A DNA stretch of 63,616 bases, filler included, from Choristocarpus tenellus KU-1152 (GCA_964200185.2; 13 parts of 13 records of this genome joined end to end with filler, not necessarily neighbours in it), one strand, 5' to 3'. Counted from the whole stretch's first letter, positions 13,108 through 26,321 are shown. The notes: a model not told the origin generated them from the letters alone. Program-made: numbers and translations.

Positions 13108-14390
13108 ATCAACATGCAAAACATTTATTGAGGGTCCACCAGAAGATCAAGGAAGGAAACAGACGGAAGAAAGGTGAGAGTGCTGAACCGAACGCACTAG
13201 AAACAAGGTAGGAAGGACCGGAGCCAGTAAAATTAGTCGTAGTGCAACAGTTAGTCAGTAGTGAGTACGAGAAGAATTGCATTGAGTAGGGCCTCTGACC
13301 ACTGGTCGGGATTATCCACACCAACATGCGACAAATAAATAATAATAATAATATAGTAACACAACAAAAAATAATGGAAACGGAATTGTCCTCTCATCAA
13401 AAGAAATGAGTGTGGTATATTTGTATGAACTCAGCAGTGTATTTTGCAGTATCTTGGTGCCCCAACTACTCTCTTTTCCAATCCATAACTGACATGTACC
13501 GATATTATCCATCATGCCAACGGTGCCCTTTACCCTACCCTAGTTCCAAGCAAGGGTCACAAATGGGTTGGTGGAACCTCCAGCTTCTCTTGGCTGGGAG
13601 AGTATAATGCCCTGGGCATGAGACGGCTGCAACCTGAAGCACTGGACCCAGGGGGCGGATGTCAGGCATCGGGAAGACCAATACTGCTCAATGCAACAAA
13701 TTATTGACATCGACTGAAAGTGTGGTGGAGAAAAATGAATGGAAGTGGAAGGTGACGATCATTACAGCAGACGACACATTATGCAAGATGCTATTGTGGT
13801 CATTCAAACGAATTTCTTTTGAGATGAAAATTTGTGAAAGCTACCATAATCGCAAGAAGAATTTGGAACTTTAGATCGAACCCAATTTGCGACCAGTGAC
13901 CCCAAAATGACCAGTATAGAACGTTTGAATAGTCCATGCTCACGCCTGTGTCGTGTGTTTATATTTTTGGGATGTACTGTTATAGACGAATAATGCGAGC
14001 GTTTCTTCCCGTGCTCGCGAGCAGTATGCACACCGCGTGGGGAACTTTGTAAAGAGGAACTCCGATATGCTAAAAGTTGCAGAGTAAGATCTGTAACTCG
14101 GAAATATATGCAAAGGCTTGCAGATGTATTCCAACGTCTGTAAATCAGAACAAATAAATGGTAGATGATAAAAGGCACAAAAGCGTGCCGCATAAGCAAT
14201 GCCACCTTTCCACTTTTCTATTTTGATACCATGTTTTGATGTACTGATATTGATTGGGAAAAGTGCCCTTATCTGCTGACCTGACGTGCATTGGACCTGT
14301 TGACTGTCAGAGTATCCTGGGAGGCTTGTATGAGCATCAGCTTCATCTATAGACGTATGGACTGGAGCTATACATTCCGTGGAGGTAAGC

Positions 14391-14565
14391 TCTGGGGGGG
14401 TTGGGGGGTTAGCTGTCCATTCGGGGCCCATTTTTCCGTGTCACGATATTTGGGTGATTTGATTGCATGCGTTGGATGGATAATGTAAGTGCACTTCTCC
14501 TGGTCAGGGTCTGAATGGACGCCCTGGTGTAGACCCCCCCCCCACACACACATATATTTTGAACC
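14391..14565 (+). mobile_element. MITE family A, degenerate copy adjoining repeat family C
   Basis: Family A interior (GCTGTCCATTCGGGG...GGATGGATAATGTAAGTGCAC...CCCTGGTGTAGACCCC) with eroded TIRs. Confidence 0.8.
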
Positions 14566-16498
14566 TGCTGTACCATGGAGGTCCTACCAAGACTCTCCCG
14601 TTGTAACAGTACTAGATCCTGGGAAAGACGATTAGAGTTACAACTAATGACATCAACCGCAGGTATTGCCTGGTGTTCTTTGATATTAATGCCTTAAATG
14701 CCTCCGACTGTGCACCCTGTTGAACACATCTTGCTAAGGGTTTTTCTCTATTATACAGAGTCAAGTTTTCCCAGTATTCAACTCACCAAGTTAGGACTTT
14801 CTCAACTGCTGAACCTCGTATCAATGACATGTGCAAATTCAAAATCATAGTTTGATGTGCTTAGTAGTGGATACAGGGGCCACAGCAATTGATGATAAAT
14901 TTGAGATGATAACACTTGAGGATGAATACATAGGGACGAAAAGCATGCAGAGCCCAAAGTGGGTTGCGATGAGTAATCCAAACAAATCATTGATCTTTCA
15001 TGATGTCGGAAATGCTGCGGGCTGTTCTATATCATTATTATAGCAGTCCAGAGTTACCTGTGCAACTTGTGAATCAACACAGATACCTTTCTAGGAGGTA
15101 CAGGAATCCTTACAGGAGTCTCCCAAGATAATATCTCTTCCACAGACACTCAAAGACATCGTAATAAAAAAGTGCAGGCCTCTTGGTAAAAAAAGTATCG
15201 ACAAATACAAACCAGCGTCTCTGCGATATATTCTGTTGATACAGATGGACAATCCATTGTAACCTGAAGATACGTTGCACAAAACAAAAGTATGCATTGG
15301 ACAGCTAGCCACTACCATTGACCACCAACAAAAATGCCTGACCTGACGCGAAAATGATCCGACAAACAGGATACCAAGATGGATAGAAGAATAGGATCAA
15401 AATTTATGCCTAGGCCTCCCCAGGACACGCCGCTTGAACAGGAACTCACACTCATCGCAGAAGGTCTCCCTAACCATGGCAGGGAGCATAGTCCATGGCT
15501 ATACACAGCATCTCAGTGTTCAATACAACACCACAGCATTTCACCGCTAATTGAGCAAGTTGCACAGGAATAGATTAATATTTTATCACACATATATCAC
15601 GTCCGCATGGAACGCTTCTTCTTTCCACCCCTGTCGTCCAAGGTCCTAACAGCAGAAAAATCCTTTTTTTTTTTTGGAGGAAGGCCACTACGGGATAAGA
15701 GTATTGTTACCTTCATCATCCGTGTCCGGACAACCAGACCATTAAAGTTTATACTACTACTGGAAACTCCAACTCCAGCAACATTACCAAGTGGTCATAT
15801 TAGGATTCTGTAGCCTGAACCTTGCTCTTGTCAAATTTCCCACGACTCATCCTTTTTTCTTCGTCTGACCCTCAATAACCTGCTCTGCACCTTCACCTGT
15901 CGTTTCCACACATTGCATTCCTCTTTCCCCTTCCTTATCCATACATCTCTTCTCTGCCTGTCTGTGACTCACTTAACTAAGGCATCATCTGCGCTCTGTG
16001 ATTCTCGAGAAATCTCATGTACTCCCTCTGTCATTCCTACACAAGCATGATAGTACCTTCAACTAATGTCGACTGTTGGCCTGTCCACTAGTAGTGGTTC
16101 CTTCTTGTACAATTACAGATATTGGGTTACACAGCACGGTATATTATCACAGCTTACTGTTGCACTCTACATTGCTATATTGTTGAAAATGTAGTTTGTT
16201 TCCTCCATGATTTATAGATGCAGTTCAGTACTGTCCGATTCTTGGGATGCTTCCCTAGCTCCTCGCCCTGTGGTGTACGACTAAGCTAGGTTGGAGGCAT
16301 AGGAGGGGAGTGATGCGTGTATAGACTCCTGGTGCACAAATCGTCAAGTATGCTGGATCTCTCTCACTTTGATTTTTTCCTTAATAAGTATCATCAAAAT
16401 CATTGTATAAAAAGGAACTGGCAACGATGTACCACCTGAAAGTATGATAATAACGAAATAGTAACTAAATAGTAAAGAAGTACAAATATATCAAATCT

Positions 16499-16575
16499 GA
16501 GACAAAGCATCTTAGAGGGTAGGGCCGCGTCCATTTGGGGTCAAAATCCAATGTTGCGATTTTGATGAAATTTTG
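16499..16575 (+). mobile_element. MITE family B left end, cut by the contig end and inserted in family C
   Basis: GAGACAAAGCATCTTAGAGGGTAGGGCCGCGTCCATTTGGGG... Confidence 0.85.
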
Positions 16576-16675
16576 NNNNNNNNNNNNNNNNNNNNNNNNN
16601 NNNNNNNNNNNNNNNNNNNTTAATTAATTAANNNNNNNNNNNNNNNNNNNNNNNNNNNNNNNNNNNNNNNNNNNN

Positions 16676-19600
16676 GGGGTTGTTTGCCCTCTTCAAACCC
16701 AATACCTTGTCCCTCTGATTCCTGCTTCTGAGGAGGAGTAGCTTTTCCCTTTTTTGATCGCTTGTTATCCTTAACCCTATTGTGGTATTTATGTATGTGG
16801 TGGGGGGGGGGATGTGAGTTTGGGGCTGTGACATGGAGGTAGTTACGGGAGTGGGCCATATATATATTTGACTGTAAATGCAGTCGAGTCACCTGCTATC
16901 ATCCATCCTGCTCGACTCTGTGAGTAGTAAAATCTATACACTTGCATACACATCCCAATAGGGGTATGTGCATGTATGTGTGAGAGATAAACTGCATGAT
17001 AGTTTAACTGATACACCCACCATACACGTGCTTACATGTATATGTATTGTGTGATGTTGATTGTGTGTGTGCAACAGGTTCAGCTTGTCAGTATCACTGG
17101 TGATCAATCCCCACGACCTTGTGCTGTACTTCAATCACTACCCCATTAAAATCAACAAGCAGTGTAAGCCAAATGGTCTCTGAACCAGAGGCACAACAAG
17201 CAGATGAAAAAGGAACATATCTAACGTGAGGTCCTTACATCCTGACCAGTATTAGTACAAAAATATATATTCTAAGAACAACTCAAATACTCGGAACCCA
17301 ATCACAAGGCAATTCAAAAATATTTAATGAGTTTATTACTTGGCCACAGCATAACATGATAAATAAATAAATAAAAATACTACATCACTACTATACTTCA
17401 AATTATAACAGAAGCAGCCCGCAGGAGGTCAAAGACCAAGGACTTCTTCCTTTTCCTCCCCTCTCCCACTCCATGACACAAACCAACTCCCCCCCCCCCC
17501 CCAAATATCTGGAACAAAAACATGTGAACCCCAAGTCGCTCAAGCTCTGCCTTGCAGAAGGAAGGAATTGAAAGATTGATGGGCATGACCCTGTACTATC
17601 AGAGTTCTTCACAGTACTACACAGTACCATTTCCTCTATCAACCGAAGTAGTGTACTCAGTGTTCCACACAACAATAACAAACATAACCCTACAGGGGGT
17701 CGGCTGTGTGCACATCAAGTCTTCGCAGACGTTTTCAAAGGAATTGGCAATGATTTGAGACGTTGTTTACATACAAGCATTGTCCTTTCCAGTCAAGAAG
17801 TTCTCACTTCAGTGCACATGCTAACACGAATGTATACATACCTGCAACATGCCTCAAGCATCATAACACACCACCGTAAATCGAATTGAGCCAAACTAAA
17901 CAATGAGAGGTGCTCAGGTCTTGACCGCTTTGCATTTTAATCCAGTTTTTCGATCTTTTGTAGTTCACCTATATTTCTTTAGATGAAGTGTGCTAAGTTT
18001 GACTTGAGAAGGTTGATTTATCTATTGTTTGAAACCTTTTGACAGAATTAATAAATGTATGCTAGTCAAATACACCACAACACACACACACACACACACA
18101 CACAAAACATTGTCAATCACTTACAGGAAATGAGCAAAAAGGCTAAGGCTAAAATTATAGAGGCAATTCCTGAAGATGAAACGACCACATTATACCGCCA
18201 AGGCAGTTTTATTGGTTTGTGCCATGGCCCTCACTGTCCTTCATCGGCGAAGATTAAACAATGTAAATTAATTCTATGCCACAACATGTTCATGGTACGG
18301 CAAACACGGCAGCTAAAGATCAGTTGGACATTAATTACATAGAATTAGAGAGGCTAAAAAACACGACCATAGAAAAGTTGCTTGAGGGAACACTTCTGGG
18401 GACTTAGGGGGGCTAGGTCTATTAATAAGGTACACTCTAATAGCATGACGACTAGCAAAAGCTTGCTCCAATGATCATAACACGTACTTGTGTTTCCGTT
18501 TGGGCTTGATCTTCACTGATACCACCGGAGCTGTCAAAGGTGCGGCTGATGAGGGACCACCTTTCTCGCCCCCTTCCCCCACTTCCAAGTTGATCCCTTC
18601 AGGTCGTACCCTCTCCTTCTTTGACTCCACAATTGACACTAAACCACAGAGAAGTGTCCATAGTGAAAATAAAGACGGAAGGATTGTTAAGGGACGAGAG
18701 ATTTAGGAAAAGGGAGTTCCGCAGGATGTGAAGGCATGTCGACAAGTGTGGAGTATAGGGAGTCGCGCACTACTACGATATTAATAAAAAAATTAACAGT
18801 AGAGTGTAATCTCACCTGTGGTACAGTTTCCTACATGTGTATCTATGATAGCTCTGGGTAGATTTTTTTTGTTATAAGGAGAGATCAAAACGGATTTTAC
18901 TTCTTTTCCCTGCAAATATGTAGACAGGAGGGCAACACCTGCGCATCGCACAGTGTTTTCATGAGGTAGGTTGAGGTGTGCTTAGGGTTGTGAAGGAGTT
19001 TGACAAGAGAATCCCCTCCATAAAACAAGGAGAGCAATACCTTTCCAGAAAGGATGCTCGTTGTCATCTTGTAACACAAACACACACCGAAAAACATATC
19101 ACACCTTCAAGCTGATCCGGCAGAAGAGAAGAATACCACTACGCTCAAAACTTCCTCGGGGCTTGTTCGTTTGGAGAGGGTCTAAATTTTGACAATTGCT
19201 TCATCCTGAAAACACTCAGGAAAATAATAGATATAGATAACACACAAATATATATATGTATATATATATATATGCGTGTGTGTACGTACACGCAACTAAA
19301 AAAAAAAACATTTTTTTTTTTGAGAAAAAGGAAACACATAGTTTCTCCAGATCTTTTCAAAACACTTTTTTTTAAATCGCAACGTTGGCAAGGGGACCCC
19401 AAAAAATTATTCCACGGCAAACATGCACAACGGTGTACTTGCATAGTGCACTTCAAAATACCAAGAGGAAATGGACCCGGGGAATCACATGGACAACAGA
19501 CGTTATTAAGAAGTACACTATAGACTGAATACGGATAAATATGTTGTAGGGCAACACTAGTGTTACACTTTCTGAGGTGTGGATGTGTATATATACATTG

Positions 19601-20999
19601 GCAGCTATTCAAAAAGCAACATGACAGACTACTAACAAGGCACAAAAAAAAAAACACATCTCCAACAAGCGCCGTTGCCACGAGAGCTACATTTTTTCAG
19701 GCAGTTATGCGCCAGCAACAATATCTCAGCCACACAGCACACACCCATTTCCCATCCCCCTTCCTCCCCCTCTGCTCTTTTCCCAATCCTAAGAGATACA
19801 ACACACACCAGTTTGATTGGCTCTGGCCAAGGTGAATGCACGCAACTCCTTCAATTCCCACTCTTCTTTCCTTAGCTTGGCCTGCCTCCGCTGCTCCTCC
19901 ACATTCTCAAGGTATTCGACCTCTTCGTCATCCAGGGCCTTCGTTGGGGCTGCAACCACGGGTTGAGATGGGAAAGGAAGTGGGCGCTAAAGAAGGTGGA
20001 AGGTGGCGCCATGTCAGTTCAAGCGTAGAAGCAAGATATGACGCCTCTAAGCAAAACGACTTGGGACAACAACAAAAAAACTTACATATGAGTCGTATCT
20101 TGGAGTCAAAGTCAATAGCTGGGAGGGGGGGAAGAGTCTTGGTCGTTTTGAGTTTTAAAAGGGGTTGTTTGAGCATTATCCCAAAAGAAGTCGAAGACAG
20201 GCGAAGGGTGTCAACAAGAATAACTTGCCCCTGCAAACTGAGTGTACTTATAAAATAGGCAAAATGCACTCCACGGCTGTGGATTATGTACCCCAAAAGC
20301 ACATGCCACTAGAAAGTCAGGGGGTCCCCTCGAACTCAATGGCACCTCTCCTCTTGGTTACTTAGGTCATTCCACCCTTCCATGGAATAATCTATTCTTA
20401 CCATTACTATTTTTCACAAGATACAAAGGTGCTAATTTACTAGGTTGTTTGTAGGTATGGAGGTGACTCCCCCTTCCCCCCCCCCCTCAGAATCCAAACA
20501 CTGGGTACACTCATTATGACCTAAAGAAATGCAACGAAGACACCCTGGGTTAGGGAAGGTGGGGGACGGTGATAAAGGTGTAGATAGGGTTGCGGTCGGG
20601 ATTGTATAAGGGAGGAAAATGTACGTGTGGGGGGTGGAAGACAGAATGTAGCACTTGGGTGCACAGGGGGGGGTTAAAGTGGAGAGGGCCGGGGATTAAA
20701 TGTTTACCCAGGAAAATCGTTGGTTTTCATCTCCTGAAAGCGAAATTCTCACAATTAATATGCATACAGGACAAGGATATAATGGCACCACAAAAAAGCT
20801 AACTCAACAACACTTTCCTGAACTTACCAAATATTGCGGCACGTACAGCGTCGAACTGAGCTTGCTTGTCTTCATTTCTGGCGGCGAGCTGCTCCCAAAG
20901 GGGCTTGGCCTCCGCCTGCTTGGCCAGCTTGGCAGCTTCTCGGGTCTCATCGGTCTCCTTTCTACTCTCCTCATTAAAGGCAACCTTCATTGAAGGCAT
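16676..20999 (-). CDS. FAM192A: FAM192A/PSME3IP1 (NIP30, Fyv6-like) nuclear protein, 3'-truncated by the contig end
   Basis: Phase-consistent GT-AG exons: 20999-20828, 19949-19809, 18638-18488 and 16776-<16676. The translation contains [19 protein letters not shown]...[39 protein letters not shown], which matches the NIP30/FAM192A N-terminal pattern (xLYExLqeqk...LDEDEvEFL). Confidence 0.85.
18127..18380 (+). pseudogene. thrS: Decayed fragment of a bacterial-type threonyl-tRNA synthetase (editing/SAD domain into the catalytic-domain linker), antisense in FAM192A intron 3
   Basis: [42 protein letters not shown], then after a deletion and frameshifts [10 protein letters not shown]...KDQLD...[14 protein letters not shown]. 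This is collinear with the ThrRS consensus YRQGDFIDLCRGPH...FKL...MLQRIYGTA...EAEKRDHRKLG. Confidence 0.85.
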
Positions 21000-22499
21000 A
21001 ATTTTGGTCAGGTCGTGGGGACAGGGGTGGGATGAGGTTGACAAACGGGTGTGTGAGTAGGGATGGGTAATGGAGGTGTTGGACTGGGAGATCTTTGAAC
21101 TGGCGATAACAGTGGAGGAATGGGGGCACCAGCACAGTTCTGAGGTTCAGGAACCAGATCGAAGATTTCAGTCAGCAAAAAATCATTACTACGATGAAAA
21201 CGTTAGGTTCATGACGACCAGCTCAAATTTGGGTGTGATATTGGGTCTTTATCACTTCAAACACGTAAGGTATACGAGAGAAACTTACTACACCATTACA
21301 CCATGCTGGGAGATTTGAAACATCGCGCAATAACTACTCATACCGATCTAAGCACTCCAACAATCTTGTGGTATAGGTCAATTGAGGGTTAAGTTGCAGT
21401 CTAACGTCAAGTCCCTTGCCCCTAAAGGATAAAGCAACGTCGTCAAAGCCTTCAAACCTCCTCAACCCCCACGAATACGCCATGCAAGATGTGTCAGTCG
21501 TAGACAACAGAGAAGAAGCAATGAGTCGTGGGGGTGAGGAAGGAGAGCTCAGCTACGTAACTCAAGTAGGGGTATGGCACAAGACCTCGACGTTTGATTG
21601 CGATCACCTTGAGCTCTATACAACGGGCTACCCTTTCGGGAGACGAATAATGCTAACTTCTATTCGTCTTGTCTTCTTGCATTGAGATTCAGAGTACGTG
21701 ATAAATGTTTTCCATAATTCAGGTGTTGGCTGAACGAGATGAGACCATTTCCTTGAGTCTTCATTTTTACACAGGAACAAGTTGCTTCAAACTTAATACA
21801 CCATATATTGATGGCACGCAAAGGATTCTACCCACCCCGTCCTTAGACTCCAAGATAGACGTACTGACAAAGCCAATGTGCGCCATCTCTCTTGCTAGTT
21901 GTGAGAGTTAGTAGTAAGCAAAGTGACTTCTTAAAAAGTTAATGGTTTGGACGGATGGGTTGATGTACTCACAATGTAAGGGTTAGGATCCTGGGTTCAT
22001 GAATGTTATTTGGATTTGGTCAGATTTACCGTAAGGTCCAAGATGGGTTGATGTGTTCACAATACAAGGGTTAGGGTGGTAAATGTTAAATTTCAACAGA
22101 TGATATGAATCGTATGATTCTGTGGTGGCGTGATTCACTCAGACAAGGTTGGTGAAGAGAATCACCAGGCAAGACACACCAGACGGACCAAGACGAACCT
22201 TAACCGAGAGGACGAGGTTAAGGTTGGACAGGTGTGCAAGACTGCTTGTACGCTTTTATCATGACTTCTTTCTTAGACCAAGTATCAAAGAAAAACTGTT
22301 TGTGTTTATTGACAAATTTTAAAAAATCTAGTTCATTATTGAATACACAATATTTTATTATTATCCCTCTTAACACTTTGCAAATGTGAGAAGAAAAGTC
22401 AACAAAAACTATTCACATGCGGAAATTCCTGCCCACTGCAAAGGGGCTACCGTCCTCTATAGTGCAAAGGATGCTCATTCCCTTGCATAGCTGACTGAG

Positions 22500-22900
22500 A
22501 CGTTTCACAGTAGGCGTGTGTTGTCAACCTGGCCTCCTGCCTTGGGGCAGGTATGGGCATGTCTGATGCCAACATTTTGCCTCCTGCACCCAGTCACTGG
22601 GCACTGGTTTGACAGGACCTCCTCCCTCCCTAGGGATCTGCTGGCAGTGAGTTTAATTCTGTTGGGGAATCTGGCATGCCGACTCCAGAGGTTGCATTGA
22701 GGTCCATGCATTTGCTTCTTGTCCACACTGGCTCCGGTGGCATGCTAGGGCTAGTGAGGAGCTTTCCTTCCCCTGTTCCACTTCATTTGGTAAGCTAACT
22801 AATTACATCCGGAAGGAGTCATAACGGATCCTGTTCAGGAGGCGAGTGATCTCATGTTGAGCCCTCCTTTTGATCGTGGTGTCATGGGCTTCCAGAATGT
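22500..22900 (-). mobile_element. Degenerate non-LTR retrotransposon C-terminal region, CRE/RLE-like
   Basis: Frameshifted RSQCGQEANAW...LGREE...CPVTGC...IRHAHTCPKAGGQV resembles the CCHC zinc knuckle that precedes the restriction-like endonuclease in CRE-type elements. Recognised by eye only. Confidence 0.5.
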
Positions 22901-23167
22901 GAACCTCCGGGGTAGTGTGTGGGAGACGCTGTTCCCCCCCAGGTTACCAAGTCTTGACCAATGATTTCCACTACATATTCTGAGGGGACACCTGTAGAGA
23001 GGAGGGTGTGGATGGACAATCCCAGGTACAGTGGGGCTCGCACAAACGGCTTGTGAGAAGGACTTGCCATGAGGCCTTTGCTACCTTGCTAGGAGGGCGG
23101 GGAGAATGGCCACTAGTGATCCTACAGATGCTGCGCGTTGGCAGTGCTTCATAGAGGAGAGGACTAA

Positions 23168-23221
23168 GACTCAAAGTATCTGGGAGGGGGTGGCGGCTGT
23201 CCATTTGGGGTCAATTTTTTC
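23168..23221 (+). mobile_element. MITE family A left end at a contig end
   Basis: GACTCAAAGTATCTGGGAGGGGG...GCTGTCCATTTGGGG. Other family A contig-end fragments lie at 5669-5695, 9364-9389, 40687-40703, 49059-49081, 54701-54726 and 57919-57938. Confidence 0.85.
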
Positions 23222-25302
23222 NNNNNNNNNNNNNNNNNNNNNNNNNNNNNNNNNNNNNNNNNNNNTTAATTAATTAANNNNNNNNNNNNNNNNNNNNNNN
23301 NNNNNNNNNNNNNNNNNNNNNATACATATAAGCATACCAAAACCGTTACCGGCTCCCCCCCCAGGGAGCCTGTCTGTCCTTGTACCTTTGGCTTGGTCGA
23401 GGTCACTTCCAAATCGTAGTGGTGCCCTCCACAAGCAGCAAAATATTTCTGAACAAAAATATATCCCATTCAAAAAGGGGCCCTGAAAAAGTGCCGCAAC
23501 ATTTACAAAAAAAAACATACGGGCACTTTCCGCACACCATTTTGGGTCAAACCCATCCTCCATTTTGCGGAGAGGCTGTTAAATGCAATCCTGCCTATCT
23601 CCCAGTTGGTTTGGCTCTAAGTTCTTTCAGTTCACAACACCAATTATTGTGGCTGAATGTATCAGGAGTGACAAGTTGTGTATTACTTTATAATTTCTAC
23701 TGTATTATTATATTTACAATGTGCTTTGCTTTGCTGCTATTCTAGGTACTGTTATAGTTGATTCGTTTGTGTTTGAGACAGATTCCAGGTAGGGGGGGTG
23801 GGTTGGTTGCTAACAAATACCAATTTGTTGTGCTTGTTTGACTCACCAGGCATTGACAAACAAGAAATGAGAACATCAGTACTTCAAAGTAAAACACATA
23901 TATATGTGTACCCAAACAGAGATGTTTCCTGATGGGCAAATACACAGGCCTTAATTTTGAACGCCCTTTTCACAACTAACAATATGAGCTTGATCACTGA
24001 TGCAAAGCACAACAATAGTGATACCATTGTTTGAGCCTCCAACTTGCAAAAAACACACCAAAAACCTGGCCCCAAATCAACTTCTGCGCTGCCCTCCACT
24101 TCATTTAGTGCCAAAAAACATGACATGATTCACCCCTTCTCTCCCTAAACAAGCTCATCACATATTACCTTCAATACTAGTTAATCTGCCCCTGAGTAAT
24201 CATCACCCGCAAAGCAATGCATCATAACGGCAAGCCCACAAACCCAGACCACCCAATCCTCTCATGCAAGATCAAGGACCAAGGTACGACGTTGAGCGAC
24301 CACAACATACTGTCAGGTGTCCCCAGAATTATTCTTTGGCTTATATCTTCATCGTTGCAACAACCAACACTCCACTCAAGTACTTCGTTGAGAAATTACC
24401 ACAGAAGAACTTCATGCAGATATTTTAGGGAGGACATCTTTGTCTTTCACAACCACCCACCAGCAGTAGCGGTCCTGTCCTTTAAGACAAACAAATCACA
24501 CACAGAAAATTATCGATGGTAGTAGTAGTATCCTGACTCGACCATTGTTGTTGCTCATGCACCTCCCCAGCCAAGTGCAGCAGTGTTTGTGACTCATACA
24601 AGGAGTCAATCAAATGTTCAAGCTTATCGTTTCCATGTACCACTACTCTCTGCTGCCCTCTGTTCTCTTTGTCACCATGCATTGACTCCAGGTAACAATT
24701 ACACATCTCTTGGAAACACAGTGGATCCAGGCAGCCCAAGTACACCTTCTGTCATTAAATTTGACTGGTCATGCTCGACCTGGTGGACACAAAAGGTGCT
24801 TGGGAAGCAAGACCATGAATGCACACGCGATGGAGTCACACTGCAACACCCAAGCTGTATGCGTTGCTTTTCCTTTAATTAGGCACTGCTAACGACTTCA
24901 ACAAAGATTTACCCCCTAGCTTGTGGCACAAACGCTCACTATACCCACTCCCAACAACCACTGCCCTTGTACTTTAACTCACCATCCCTCCACCACCTCC
25001 ACATGCCACACTTTATACACAATCAGACACAGATATGTCCAGCCCCCCCCTCACAAGGCCATGCGGATCTCCTTATTGAGCTAAAACACTCCTAACATCA
25101 CAGAGGAGATTCATCGACCTGTATATGCAACATCCCAATCTGCAACCACCCTGCCACAGCAAGGCCTTCCAAGGCAGAACGGAAGCATCATGCCCACAAT
25201 ATGTGACCTGCATACTAAGGAAGTACTAATCTACTCACCCACCGAATGATCACAAAAAGACGGAAAGCACCCCAGCACATGTGTGCAGGAAAAAAGAGTC
25301 CC

Positions 25303-25343
<41 letters not shown>

Positions 25344-25767
25344 TCTTGAATGCTCACAAGGGTCATCTAGGCTCCATTCAACTCCTTTCTATCTCTCCCA
25401 GCAGAAATACCCCAAATGACTCTGCAAATTTGAACACAAAACCAACCTTTTCCACCCCTCCTCCCGGATCCATTGCCCCCCTGCCCTTCCTCTCTACAAC
25501 CCATTTGCTTTGGTCCCCCCCCCCCTTACCCCTCACTCGATGCAATTCCAGAGTGCAAGCCTTCCAGGCCCTAGAACTCCTTTTCTCCCTCTTCCCCAAA
25601 TCTCAACCCCATCAATGGTGTCAAGCACCAGCGAAGGAGGGGATTCGATCACCCAAAACCAGATTAGAGGTACATATGTTCCCCTCACCTTCCCCACTCT
25701 TCTACCCTCTTCTCCCCCAAAGCAGAAACCGTTCACCAATGAACTGGGTTCATAAGATACTAACCCC

Positions 25768-25941
25768 TTACACCATTGCAGCAGCCACGCCCACCATTGG
25801 CACAGGAGTCTTGTCAAGCAGACGAAGCACTGATGCAGCAATTTGTCCCGAAGCCAGACCGGCCTCCTCATACTGCTCCGACTGCGTGCCAGCTTCGATG
25901 AATGTGTCTGGAAGCACCATGGGCCTCACCTTGATCTTGCC
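25768..25941 (-). CDS. DXS: 1-deoxy-D-xylulose-5-phosphate synthase, last coding exon (MEP pathway)
   Basis: After the acceptor ...aaaaaacag it reads GKIKVRPMVLPDTFIEAGTQSEQYEEAGLASGQIAASVLRLLDKTPVPMVGVAAAMV*. This matches the DXS C-terminus (GkLKfRPMvLPDryIdhG...Q..EAGL....IAa.V). Confidence 0.85.
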   Translation of the reverse strand, partial: GKIKVRPMVLPDTFIEAGTQSEQYEEAGLASGQIAASVLRLLDKTPVPMVGVAAAMV

Positions 25942-26321
25942 CTGTTTTTTTTTGTGGATAACACAACAGCAGGCGCTTGTGAGGTTTAATCTGCACTACA
26001 TACATATATATATATACCCTACACATTTTTTGTGTACATCTGCCATCACGATTACAATTATTATTTGTTCACACTAGACCGATGAGTGCATATCAAGCAA
26101 TGTGCACACCCATTAATAAGATTTAACTACAAATCCATGTGTATGTATCCCCCCACAACAGTACCAGTGTTCACAAAAACATAGGTACAAATTGCCCCCA
26201 GTCCCACTCCCCCCNNNNNNNNNNNNNNNNNNNNNNNNNNNNNNNNNNNNNNNNNNNNTTAATTAATTAANNNNNNNNNNNNNNNNNNNNNNNNNNNNNN
26301 NNNNNNNNNNNNNNCCCATAG

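Noticed and set aside
18055-18342. Functional ThrRS exon of a nested gene (ttacag acceptor at 18126)
   Set aside because: The internal deletion, frameshifts and loss of conserved Arg residues indicate a pseudogene fragment.
25283-26077. 264-aa proline-rich + strand ORF
   Set aside because: It is a poly-C tract plus the antisense shadow of the DXS last exon.
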